Positions 8,801 to 17,536 of a stretch of 44,189 bases of DNA are shown in pieces; the first letter of the stretch is position 1, and each line of letters starts with the position of its first letter. Both the position numbers and the translations under genes were made by a program. The notes beneath the pieces are model-generated. The model saw only the letters and a list, made by a program, of their open reading frames with translations. It had not been told where the DNA came from and did no database searches. Origin of the DNA: a virus (lineage: Duplodnaviria > Caudoviricetes); the IMG/VR virus record IMGVR_UViG_3300017700_000399, positions 1 through 44,189 of that record; one strand, 5' to 3'.

Positions 8801-9267
8801 AATGAACCCTCTCCGGTTGCGAATCCGGCGTCGCCGCCGAGTGCGCTAATCATTTCGGCCCAACGCAATTGCGCGACCTCTCGCTCGGTCTCGGCGTAAC
8901 GCCAACCCGGCTCCTTTATCTCGCGGCTTACAAACTGGCCGATTGTGGCGCCCACGAGGTCGGGCGTAATAAGCATCGGACGGATGCCGATTAAATCGCC
9001 GGACTTGATAATCTCGTTTTCGTCCGAGTTACGATTCGCCAGGCCGTAACGCACTGGGCGCCCCGTGTCGTCTTTCAACACGCCAACGTTATTACGCCAT
9101 AGCCGAACGCCCTTGCGCGCGCCCTCGAGCACGACAACCGATTGCGCGTACGCTTCAGACTTGCCGACGCGATCGTCCGCCGTCCCGTTCATGCCGTAGA
9201 TATTTTGCAACTCGACAATTGCAGCGAGCGGAATATGCCAGCGCGCGGCCCATGTGTGTAACTTCAC
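8797..9267 (-). CDS. VRR-NUC / PD-(D/E)xK nuclease (putative junction resolvase)
   Basis: LWRNNVG, SGDLIG, F.S.EIK, Q..W motifs. Confidence 0.8.
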   Translation of the reverse strand: MKLHTWAARWHIPLAAIVELQNIYGMNGTADDRVGKSEAYAQSVVVLEGARKGVRLWRNNVGVLKDDTGRPVRYGLANRNSDENEIIKSGDLIGIRPMLITPDLVGATIGQFVSREIKEPGWRYAETEREVAQLRWAEMISALGGDAGFATGEGSL

Positions 9268-9506
9268 TCCGCCGCCGCCAATTTTGCCAGGCGTTCCGCT
9301 TCCATCTTTTCCTTGACGTGCGGCAAGTCGTCGCGAACCGAGAAAACGGTTTCGTAGTTACCCATTGCCAACGGCTCGAGCGGGCGTTGCTCAACCGTGA
9401 CAACAAAGCCGTAATCTTTTGCGATACCCGCGATGTTAGCCAATTGGCCGGCCAGTATGCGGCGCTGCGATTCGCGCAACTCTGCGTCGTTCATTTCAAT
9501 TAACAT
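9264..9506 (-). CDS. Hypothetical protein (80 aa)
   Basis: GGAGG RBS; VVTVEQ.PL.PLAMGNYET.VR motif. Confidence 0.75.
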   Translation of the reverse strand: MLIEMNDAELRESQRRILAGQLANIAGIAKDYGFVVTVEQRPLEPLAMGNYETVFSVRDDLPHVKEKMEAERLAKLAAAE

Positions 9507-9533
9507 TTTTGTTACCTCCGAAAAATAATTGAT

Positions 9534-11279
9534 TCATGGTAATGCGCAATTGACGGTTGCGTCAACGCCATATTTTAATAACTGGTCGCAAATTTTGTTC
9601 CGGAGTTTTTCGGCGTCCGGAGCGCCTAATGCTTGTGCCGTTGCGGTATCGATACCGAACGTTAAATAAAACCGGCGGTACTTCTCGCCCAGGTCGGGAC
9701 GGCCGAGCGCATCTTGCAACCCACTCCACCACGATATCGCGTTGCGTAATTGCATTTGCGCCTCTTTGCGCTCGTCGTGCCGTTTAGCAACAGAGAATCG
9801 CGCAACCTGATTCGGCAACCAAGGGGCGGGGCCGTCCAGGCGTCCGATTTCGCCGCGCATGATGGCGAGCGCCTCTTGCGTCAATTCCATTAAATCGCCG
9901 TCGACAAACTCGGGGCCGGCCCGCGATGCCGGCTCGGGGTAGGTGCCGCAATACGGGCAACATTTTTGCGTACGCTCGTACGGCCACAAGCAAGACGGTT
10001 GCAAACAAGTACGGTACGGGATAGCGTCGGAGACCGAGCCGCCGCGTTTCTCGCGTCGATCGAGCGAGAATTCGGTACGCTTGTCCGGCGGCCCCATGTG
10101 GCGGAGAACGTTACCCACGTGGTCAATAATCATGCCGACGGGTTTGTCGCTGGCCGCAATGTATGCGAGGCGTTGTTCGTTCGTCAGCGCGTCCCAAATC
10201 GCATACAGCGACGGGTCGAGCATCAAGCGGAGCACGCGTCCGAATTGCTGGCAATAGAGCGACCACGACTCCGTAGCACGCGCGAACGATACGACCTCGA
10301 TTGCCGGCAAGTCGAAGCCCTCGCCGAATAGATCGACGTTGACGAGTTGCAAAATTTCACGGCGTCGAAACCGGCGCAATATTTCCATGCGCAAATGGTC
10401 GGGCGTCTTGGCGCTGACGACCTCGGCCGGAACGCCGGCGGCACGAAATGCAACCGCGATTTTTGTTGCTTCCTCGACGTCGACCGCAAACGTAACGCCC
10501 AGTTTTCCCGGCGCCAATTGTAGGTAATGTTTGACGACGTCGCCGACGAGCATTTTCGAGGCTTTGGTCGCGTCGCGTAACTGGGCGAGGTTGAGGTCGC
10601 CAGTAACGCCGGAGATATCGACATGCGACAAATCGAGGTCGGACGTTTTAACCGTAAAGATTCGGTAATCGGTCAAGTACCCCATGTTGATAAGGTCGCG
10701 CATCATCGGCGCGTTAACCAACGTATCGACGACGCCGTCGGCATGACGGCCGCATCCTTGACCGTCGGCGCGATGCCAGGTTGCCGACACGTGTAAGCCT
10801 TTCGCGTGCGGAAACATCGCCCGCCCGATACCCCATTTGTTTTCCCGGAGTAAGTGGTGCGCCTCGTCTTGTACGTAGAGCGTTGTTTGCTGGAACGTTT
10901 GGCGATTCTCCGGCGCGTTCGGATCCATCCTGATTAGGGTGTCGACGCCGGCGGCCGCGTGCCGTGCGTTTTGGTCATAGTACGAGCGCCCGAGTTCGGC
11001 CATGTGAAGCGAAACAATATTCCGAGCAACACTTTTCGAGCCGACGATACGGTGCCGGACTTCATTACGCGCCAACGCCGTAGAGATTTGAGAGACGAGC
11101 TCTTGACGGTGAGCGACCACGATCGAGCCGCCTTGGTGCTCGAGAACTTTATGCGCGAAAAAGACGGTTTTACCCGACCCCGTGGCGCTGTTGACCCCTA
11201 CGTCGACCGCTCCGTTACGCCATGCGGCGTCCGTCTCTCTGTCTAAATCGGCTTGATACGGGCGAAGTTTAGGCGGCAT
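9534..11279 (-). CDS. SF2 DEAH-box helicase with C-terminal zinc ribbon
   Basis: LRPYQ, ATGSGKT, DEAHH, SAT, EGFDLP, QQFGRVLR; C....C...CPYC. Confidence 0.93.
   Translation of the reverse strand: MPPKLRPYQADLDRETDAAWRNGAVDVGVNSATGSGKTVFFAHKVLEHQGGSIVVAHRQELVSQISTALARNEVRHRIVGSKSVARNIVSLHMAELGRSYYDQNARHAAAGVDTLIRMDPNAPENRQTFQQTTLYVQDEAHHLLRENKWGIGRAMFPHAKGLHVSATWHRADGQGCGRHADGVVDTLVNAPMMRDLINMGYLTDYRIFTVKTSDLDLSHVDISGVTGDLNLAQLRDATKASKMLVGDVVKHYLQLAPGKLGVTFAVDVEEATKIAVAFRAAGVPAEVVSAKTPDHLRMEILRRFRRREILQLVNVDLFGEGFDLPAIEVVSFARATESWSLYCQQFGRVLRLMLDPSLYAIWDALTNEQRLAYIAASDKPVGMIIDHVGNVLRHMGPPDKRTEFSLDRREKRGGSVSDAIPYRTCLQPSCLWPYERTQKCCPYCGTYPEPASRAGPEFVDGDLMELTQEALAIMRGEIGRLDGPAPWLPNQVARFSVAKRHDERKEAQMQLRNAISWWSGLQDALGRPDLGEKYRRFYLTFGIDTATAQALGAPDAEKLRNKICDQLLKYGVDATVNCALP
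9536..9565 (-). promoter_or_regulatory. Class II promoter/operator inside the helicase 3' end
   Basis: TTGACG-N18-TACCAT with TTGAC-ggttgc-GTCAA at 9550-9565. Confidence 0.65.
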
Positions 11280-11300
11280 AAAATAGTTTCGTGTTTCTTG

Positions 11301-11343
11301 TTGACAAGGCCGTCAATATAACGATACGATTGCCTCCCGTCAA
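11301..11343. promoter_or_regulatory. Overlapping divergent class II promoters with operator
   Basis: + strand TTGACA-N18-TACGAT (11301-11330); - strand TTGACG-N17-TATATT (11343-11315); TTGAC-aaggcc-GTCAA at 11301-11316. Confidence 0.75.
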
Positions 11344-11384
11344 TAAATTTATTGACTTAAATCAACCCCTCGCGAGGAAAAAGT

Positions 11385-12350
11385 ATGTCTATACAAATCA
11401 TTATTACCGACCCGCAATCGTCGAATAAAGCGGAATTGCTGGCGATTGCGTCCATGCTTGCAACGATGGCCGGCGAACCAGTCGGCGCGACTATCATTAC
11501 CGAAAAATTCCAAGTCGGTAACTTGTCCAAAACCGTAACGGCCCAAACCCCTACGATTCACGCGGACGACAACCCGGCAAAAGGTATCGAAGTGCCGCCG
11601 GCGTCGCAAGTATTCGCAACGGGCGGAAACCCGGCCGAAGTGTTCGCCGAGGGCGCGGACCCGGCAACAGTGTTCGCCGGCGGTACGCACGGTTCGGCGG
11701 CTCTCGATGCTGACGCGGCGAAACTTAACGCGATGGCGGGCGACGGCGCCGCGGGTCCAACGCTCGAGCAATTAGCGGGAAACGGCCAGCCGGCGGCGGT
11801 TGCATCTTCTACCGACAATGCCCCGCCGGCGAGTGTAACCTCCACGTCGTTACCCTCGGGCGCGGCGGCCCCTGCTGCCGGACTTGACCTCGATACCGAG
11901 GGTTTCCCTTGGGACGCTCGGATCCATGCCGAAACACGTACAAAAATTAAAGTCGGTACCTGGAAAGTAAAACGCGGCGTATCGGACGAAACCCTTACCG
12001 CGGTACGCGCTGAATTGCGCGCCGTACTGGGAAACGTAGCCCCGCCCGTTGCCGCTTCCCCGGCTGTCGCGGCCCCTCCGCCTCCGCCGAATGCGGGAAC
12101 CGTACCGCCGCCCCCTGCTGTCCCTAATCCGCCAACCGGCGCGGTACCGCCTCCACCTCCGCCGACTGAAGCGCCCGCAATGTCTTTCCCGCAATTGTGC
12201 GTACGCATTACCGGCGCACTGGGTAGCGGTCAATTGACGCAAGAGGCGCTCGGCACGGTATTGGCCGCGAACAACTTGCAAGGCTTACCAACGCTCGCGG
12301 CGTTCCCGCACTTGGTACCCGTGGTCGCTAAAGCATTGGGCTACGTGTAA
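11385..12350 (+). CDS. Ala/Pro-rich hypothetical replication-module protein
   Basis: GAGGA RBS; LD..G.PWD.RIH...WK.KRG core flanked by low-complexity and polyproline linkers. Confidence 0.85.
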   Translation: MSIQIIITDPQSSNKAELLAIASMLATMAGEPVGATIITEKFQVGNLSKTVTAQTPTIHADDNPAKGIEVPPASQVFATGGNPAEVFAEGADPATVFAGGTHGSAALDADAAKLNAMAGDGAAGPTLEQLAGNGQPAAVASSTDNAPPASVTSTSLPSGAAAPAAGLDLDTEGFPWDARIHAETRTKIKVGTWKVKRGVSDETLTAVRAELRAVLGNVAPPVAASPAVAAPPPPPNAGTVPPPPAVPNPPTGAVPPPPPPTEAPAMSFPQLCVRITGALGSGQLTQEALGTVLAANNLQGLPTLAAFPHLVPVVAKALGYV

Positions 12351-13480
12351 TGAGCGGCGAGCATGCCGTACTAGCGCCGTCCTCGGCGTCGCGTTGGGTA
12401 CTTTGCCACGGGTCGGTATTGCTCGAGGCCATGTACCCAGAGACGGAAGAAAAGCCGGAAGCGGCCGAGGGTACCGCGACGCACTGGGGCGCCGGCGAGT
12501 TGTTTTACGGGCGCCCGATCGCTCTCGGCCAGTACGCGCCAAACGGCGTCGTATTGTCGGAGGAAATGATCCAAGGCGCGGAAATGTACGTCGACGCCGT
12601 CGACCGTCGCCTCCACAAACTCGGCCTTACGCGAGAGTGGTTGCACGTCGAGGAGCGCGTCGATATTCCCCGAGTGCATCCGTTGAACTGGGGTACGCCG
12701 GACAATTGGCTTTACTACCCGCAAGGCGCTTGCCTGGACGTATTCGATTTTAAATTCGGGCATGAGTTTGTCGAGATTTTCGAGAATTGGCAAATCCTCG
12801 ATTACACGTGCGGCATTCTCGACAAACTCGGTATCGACGGGATCGCCGACCAAAGCCTAACCGTTAATATGCATATCGTACAACCGCGCTCATACCATCG
12901 AGACGGCCCGGTACGCACATGGTCGGCCATGGCAAGCGACTTGCGCGGGTACTTTAACAAGTTGAGCAATTCGGCACACGCGGCGATGCAACCGGGCGCC
13001 AAGTGTACGCCGAACCCGGAGTGTTTCCATTGCAAGGCGCGCCACGTATGCGAGGCGTTACAACGCGACGCGTACCGCTCCGCGCAAATCTCGACCTCGT
13101 CTATACCGGTCGATATGACGCCGGCGGCACTGGGGCTCGAATTGCATTACTTGCGGGCGGCCGCAAAACGTCTCGAGGGTCGTATTACCGGCCTAAAAGA
13201 ACAAGCAAAAATTACGTTACAACTCGGCCAGCCGGTCGCGTTCCACGCACTCGCACCCGTCGAGGGTCGGGAGGTTTGGAACAAGCCGGTACCGGAAGTA
13301 ATATCGCTCGGCCAGATGTTCGGTATTGACCTTGCGAAGAAAGACGCCATTACCCCGAAACAAGCGGTAACGGCGGGCATGTCGGCCGAGGTCGTGGCTA
13401 TGTATTCCGAACGTAAAAAAGGGCTCGAGTTGGTTTCCGACGACGGCTCCCAAGCAAGGAAAGTTTTTTCTAGTAAATAG
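12350..13480 (+). CDS. Cas4-like PD-(D/E)xK exonuclease (DUF2800-like)
   Basis: HAVLAPSSASRW..C, EGT..H, GTPD, DFKFG, IVQPR, C..C.....C. Confidence 0.88.
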   Translation: MSGEHAVLAPSSASRWVLCHGSVLLEAMYPETEEKPEAAEGTATHWGAGELFYGRPIALGQYAPNGVVLSEEMIQGAEMYVDAVDRRLHKLGLTREWLHVEERVDIPRVHPLNWGTPDNWLYYPQGACLDVFDFKFGHEFVEIFENWQILDYTCGILDKLGIDGIADQSLTVNMHIVQPRSYHRDGPVRTWSAMASDLRGYFNKLSNSAHAAMQPGAKCTPNPECFHCKARHVCEALQRDAYRSAQISTSSIPVDMTPAALGLELHYLRAAAKRLEGRITGLKEQAKITLQLGQPVAFHALAPVEGREVWNKPVPEVISLGQMFGIDLAKKDAITPKQAVTAGMSAEVVAMYSERKKGLELVSDDGSQARKVFSSK

Positions 13481-13483
13481 TTA

Positions 13484-13512
13484 TTGACGGTAACGTCAAT
13501 ATTGCAGATAAT
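13484..13512 (+). promoter_or_regulatory. Class II promoter/operator upstream of the SSB-like gene
   Basis: TTGACG-N17-GATAAT overlapping TTGAC-ggtaac-GTCAA. Confidence 0.75.
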
Positions 13513-13553
13513 CAATTCCGTTTCATCCTATACACTTTTCGGAGCCTCACAAA

Positions 13554-14645
13554 ATGGCAAATAAACCCCTGCAAATTACGACTCCCGTTGGCCGCTTGGT
13601 CGGCGGTTCGTTGTATGACCCAAAAACAACCGACTTCGACGGCGCGCCGCTCGTTGTCAAAACCGGCCCGAACGCCGGCAAACCCCGCGTAAGTTATGAT
13701 TTTGCGGTTGCTCTCCCGAAAACGCCGGGCGCGACGCACTGGTCGCAAGAGCCTTGGGGCGGTCCAATTTGGGCGCTCGGACACGCGGCTTTCCCGAACG
13801 GCGAAACCCAACGCCCGGACTTCGCGTGGAAAATTACCGACGGCGATTCGACCGTACCAAACAAGAAACTTAAAAAGCCTTGCGACCAAGAGGGATACCC
13901 GGGCCATTGGGTTTTATGGTTCTCGAGCGGTCAAGCGCCCCGCGTGTACAACGCCAACGGTACGCAACAATTGCTCGAAAAAGACACGGTTAAACCGGGT
14001 TACTACGTTCAAGTTTTCGGCAACGTAACCGATAACAAGCCGAGCCAATCGCCGGGCATTTATGTTAATCACAATATGGTCGCGTTTGCTGGCGTCGGTC
14101 CGGAGATTGCTTTCGGTCCTGACGTATCCGCGGCCGGATTCGGTCAAGGTGCGGTACTCCCTGCCGGCGCTACTGCGTACACTGGTCAAGCGATCGCACC
14201 GGCTCCGGGCGTTCCTGCTACTGGCGCACCGGTACCGCCTCCACCTCCGCCGCCCGGCGCTGTCGTTGCGCCCGGTCCGGTAATGCTCCCGGCCGCCCAA
14301 GGTCAAACGTACGCGGCGTTGATCGCCGGCGGTTGGACCGACGCTTTGTTGATTCAGCACGGTATGATGGCGGCCCCTGCTGTCGCGGCGGTTCCGCCCC
14401 CTTTGCCGGTTGGTTCTGTCCCGACGCCTCCACCCCCTGCCGCGACTGTTGTTGCCCCGCCGCCCTTGCCCGTTACCCCTAACCCGGCATTACTGGCGGT
14501 ACCGGCTGGCGTTGCTCCGCCTCCACCTCCTCCGCCAACCGGTCGCGTAATGCTCCCGGCGGCAAACGGTCAGACATACGACGCAATGATCGCCGGCGGT
14601 TGGACTGACGCTCTACTCGTCGCGCATGGCATGATGGCGGCATAA
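13554..14645 (+). CDS. ssDNA-binding-like protein (DUF2815-like) with Pro-rich, duplicated C-terminal motif
   Basis: TPVGR, K..DGD, GIY.N pattern; position between exonuclease and polymerase. Confidence 0.75.
   Translation: MANKPLQITTPVGRLVGGSLYDPKTTDFDGAPLVVKTGPNAGKPRVSYDFAVALPKTPGATHWSQEPWGGPIWALGHAAFPNGETQRPDFAWKITDGDSTVPNKKLKKPCDQEGYPGHWVLWFSSGQAPRVYNANGTQQLLEKDTVKPGYYVQVFGNVTDNKPSQSPGIYVNHNMVAFAGVGPEIAFGPDVSAAGFGQGAVLPAGATAYTGQAIAPAPGVPATGAPVPPPPPPPGAVVAPGPVMLPAAQGQTYAALIAGGWTDALLIQHGMMAAPAVAAVPPPLPVGSVPTPPPPAATVVAPPPLPVTPNPALLAVPAGVAPPPPPPPTGRVMLPAANGQTYDAMIAGGWTDALLVAHGMMAA
14280..14641 (+). repeat. Intragenic ~95-bp imperfect direct repeat (14280-14374 and 14547-14641)
   Basis: Encodes VMLPAA.GQTY.A.IAGGWTDALL..HGMMAA twice. 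Confidence 0.9.
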
Positions 14646-14660
14646 GTAACACGTAACGCG

Positions 14661-14687
14661 CGTCCCGCTCCGGCGGGGCGTTTTGTT
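14661..14687 (+). terminator. Intrinsic terminator after the SSB-like gene
   Basis: CGTCCCGC-TCCG-GCGGGGCG hairpin followed by TTTTGTT. Confidence 0.7.
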
Positions 14688-14902
14688 GGCTCCTTTCGGT
14701 GTGACCGAACGCCTAACCCTCACAAGTTAGCGGAGAGGAGCCAACAAAACGCGGGGGTTTCTAATCCACTCGTGCGCGCCTGGTACGAAATAAAACAGGC
14801 CGAGCTTGCTAACCGGTTCTCGCCCGCATAGATTTGACACGGGGGCCGGCATGCACAAACCGCGACGCCTTAAATCTTGAAGCGGCAAGCTCGGCAACAG
14901 GC
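14678..14902 (+). ncRNA. Candidate structured RNA(s): two three-way junctions with complementary loops
   Basis: 17-bp stem 14678-14694/14736-14752; 11-bp stem 14799-14809/14885-14895; inner hairpins with G-U pairs; loop complementarity TGTGA/TCACA and AGATTT/AAATCT. Confidence 0.6.
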
Positions 14903-14926
14903 ATTACTTAAAGGAACGCACTACGT

Positions 14927-17269
14927 ATGAACATGGTACCGCCGCCTCCCGCCCTCGAGCATTTGCCCGCCGGTACGAAACTCGTCGCCGGCATGGGCTT
15001 GTCGACCGTTTTACCCGACATGGATTTCGAGACGTACAGCGAGGCCGGTTTCTGTTGGAACGACGGCTTACAAAAATGGGAATGCCTCGACGGCGCGCCG
15101 CAAAGTAAAAAAGGCTTAACCGTGGTCGGCGCCGCCGTATACGCGGAGCATCCGTCGACCGAGGTAATTTCGTTCTATTACGACTTGAAAGACGGACGCG
15201 GCCGTCGCTTTTGGAAACCCGGCATGTTGCCGCCCGTCGACCTTTTCGCGTACATCAAAAACGGCGGACTTGTCGAGGCGTGGAACGTTGGGTTCGAGCG
15301 TTGGATTTGGGAAAAGGTTTGCGTACCTAAATACGGATGGCCGGCGATCCCGCATCGGCAATACCGTTGCGCAATGGCGAAAAGTCGCGCCCACGCGTTG
15401 CCCGGCGCACTGGCGAAAGCGGGCGAAGTGCTCCGCATAGTCAACCAAAAAGACAAAGAGGGCGACCGGCTATTAAAAAAATTCTCGATGCCGCGCAACC
15501 CGAGCGCCAAAGATAAACGCAAACGGATTACTCCGGACGAGGACGCCGTCGACGGCCCGCACCTCTACCGGTACAACGAAATAGATATTATCGCCGAGGC
15601 CGAGGCGTCGAGCATGATTCCGGATCTTGAGGGCGAGGAGTTGGAATTTTGGATCGCGGACCAGGCGATCAACTGGCGCGGAGTGGGCGTCGACGTTCAA
15701 GGCGTAAAAGATTGCATCGCCATTATTCGCCAAGCGCACACGCGGTACAACGGCGAATTGCAAACCTTGACGAGCGGCGAAGTTACGCGCGCGTCGGAAC
15801 TCGCCAAGCTACAAACTTGGTTCTCCCGTTACGGCTTGCATTTCGCGTCACTCGACGAGGAGCATATCGAGGAGGCGCTAAAGCGTACGGACTTACCGGG
15901 ATGGGCGCGACGTGCGCTTGAGATACGGCAAGCGGTCGGCTCGGCGGCGGTAAAAAAAGTATTTGCAATGAGCATGCAAACATCGACGGCGGGGCGTTTA
16001 CACGATTTATTCTCCTATCATGCGGCGAGGACGGGTCGGGCGACCGGTAACGGACCGCAACCAACCAATTTGCCTAATTCTGGGCCTGAAGTTTTATTAT
16101 GCTCGTGCGGTCGCCACATTGGCAAGCATCATAAAATTTGTCCATGGTGCGCAATGCCGCAAGTACCGGGCAAGAAAACAATTGAATGGAACGCGCGAGC
16201 CGTTGTCGACGCGCTCCTCGTCATCGCGTCGCAATCCTTGGACTTGGTCGAGTTCTATTACGGCGACGCAATGGCGGCCGTTTCCGGCTGTTTGCGCGGC
16301 CTTTTCATCGCGGGCAAAGGTCACGACCTCGTAAGCTCGGATTACTCGTCGATTGAGGCCGTCGTATTGGCCGAGGTCGCCGGCGAACAATGGCGGCTCG
16401 ACGTATTCCAAACCCACGGCAAAATCTACGAAGCGGGCGCCGCGGCAATCACGGGTATTCCGTTTAACGAGTTTATGAAAATCGCCGGTTACACGGACGA
16501 GGAACTCGCGGCGCCTGACTGGTACCGACGCAAGCCGGCCAAGCCTACTGGGTTGCATCATCCTATGCGTAAAAAGGTCGGCAAAGTGTCGGAGCTCGCG
16601 TCCGGGTACCAAGGTTGGATAGGCGCCTGGAAAGCATTTGGCGCCGACGAGTTCTTTACCGACGACGAAATGAAAAAAGCTATTCTCGCTTGGCGCGAGG
16701 CGTCGCCTATGATCGTCGATTTTTGGGGCGGTCAACGTCGCAAGACGCCGGCGGGTTGGGTGCCGCAAATGTACGGCGTCGAGGGCATGTTCATATCGGC
16801 CATTCTGTCGCCCGGTACGACCTTTACGTTTCGCGGCTTCGACTTTACATATCGGGGCGACGTCCTTTACCTTAAATTGCTGTCGGGGCGTCACCTTACG
16901 TATCACAAACCGCGCTTGCGCCCCAACACGGAACGCGGCGGGTTATCGATATCGTATGAGGGTTGGAACACAAACCCGAAAAACGGCCCGCCGGGTTGGG
17001 TACGGTTGGACACATGGGGCGGACGCCTTACCGAGAACATCGTCCAGGCCGTCGCGCGAGATATCTTGCGGCATGCAATCGTCAATCTCGAGAAAGCCGG
17101 TTACGGCGTCGTATTGCACGTGTACGACGAGATTATCGCCGAGGTGCCGAAAGGTTGGGGCTCTATCGAGGAACTCGAGGCAATTATGGCGACCATGCCA
17201 CCGTGGGCGGCGAAGTGGCCGATTAAGGCGGCCGGCGGATGGCGTGGCGAAAGATATCGAAAAGAATAA
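14927..17269 (+). CDS. Family A DNA polymerase with 3'-5' exonuclease
   Basis: DFET exo I; DYSSIE motif A; KVSELASGYQG motif B; LHVYDE motif C; ENIVQAVARD. Confidence 0.95.
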   Translation: MNMVPPPPALEHLPAGTKLVAGMGLSTVLPDMDFETYSEAGFCWNDGLQKWECLDGAPQSKKGLTVVGAAVYAEHPSTEVISFYYDLKDGRGRRFWKPGMLPPVDLFAYIKNGGLVEAWNVGFERWIWEKVCVPKYGWPAIPHRQYRCAMAKSRAHALPGALAKAGEVLRIVNQKDKEGDRLLKKFSMPRNPSAKDKRKRITPDEDAVDGPHLYRYNEIDIIAEAEASSMIPDLEGEELEFWIADQAINWRGVGVDVQGVKDCIAIIRQAHTRYNGELQTLTSGEVTRASELAKLQTWFSRYGLHFASLDEEHIEEALKRTDLPGWARRALEIRQAVGSAAVKKVFAMSMQTSTAGRLHDLFSYHAARTGRATGNGPQPTNLPNSGPEVLLCSCGRHIGKHHKICPWCAMPQVPGKKTIEWNARAVVDALLVIASQSLDLVEFYYGDAMAAVSGCLRGLFIAGKGHDLVSSDYSSIEAVVLAEVAGEQWRLDVFQTHGKIYEAGAAAITGIPFNEFMKIAGYTDEELAAPDWYRRKPAKPTGLHHPMRKKVGKVSELASGYQGWIGAWKAFGADEFFTDDEMKKAILAWREASPMIVDFWGGQRRKTPAGWVPQMYGVEGMFISAILSPGTTFTFRGFDFTYRGDVLYLKLLSGRHLTYHKPRLRPNTERGGLSISYEGWNTNPKNGPPGWVRLDTWGGRLTENIVQAVARDILRHAIVNLEKAGYGVVLHVYDEIIAEVPKGWGSIEELEAIMATMPPWAAKWPIKAAGGWRGERYRKE

Positions 17270-17276
17270 ATAACGC

Positions 17277-17305
17277 TTGCAAGGGTAGAATAATGCGACT
17301 ATTCT
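17277..17305 (+). promoter_or_regulatory. Class I repeated promoter, copy B
   Basis: TTGCAA-gggtagaataatgcgac-TATTCT. Confidence 0.8.
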
Positions 17306-17331
17306 ACGAACTGACTTAACGAGGGTTCAAA

Positions 17332-17535
17332 TTGAAAACGATCAAAATTTCCAAAAAACGCGGGTACTTGGTATCGTCCGCCATGAGCCGCAACAAACGC
17401 GAGGGCTACTATCTCGCCAAGCTGCGCAACCTTATTTTTGATAACGGGACTTGGCGTGGCGTTGGGAAACGTCGCTTTGTTCGCGGTGCCGCACGCATCG
17501 ATAGCCGTTGCAAATTCCGTACGGCAGGGGGCTAA
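17332..17535 (+). CDS. Small basic hypothetical protein
   Basis: TTG start after GAGGG; first ORF after promoter copy B. Confidence 0.5.
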   Translation: MKTIKISKKRGYLVSSAMSRNKREGYYLAKLRNLIFDNGTWRGVGKRRFVRGAARIDSRCKFRTAGG

Positions 17536-17536
17536 T

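Noticed and set aside
12350-13480. CRISPR-Cas association of the Cas4-like gene
   Set aside because: No repeat-spacer array or other cas genes; solo Cas4-like exonucleases are usual in this replication module
14834-14862. TTGACA as a polymerase promoter
   Set aside because: No acceptable -10 at 16-18 nt; the hexamer lies in the predicted RNA loop
14645-14926. tRNA or hammerhead ribozyme in the SSB-polymerase gap
   Set aside because: No TTC T-loop or four-arm cloverleaf, and no CTGAnGA core; kept only as unknown structured RNA
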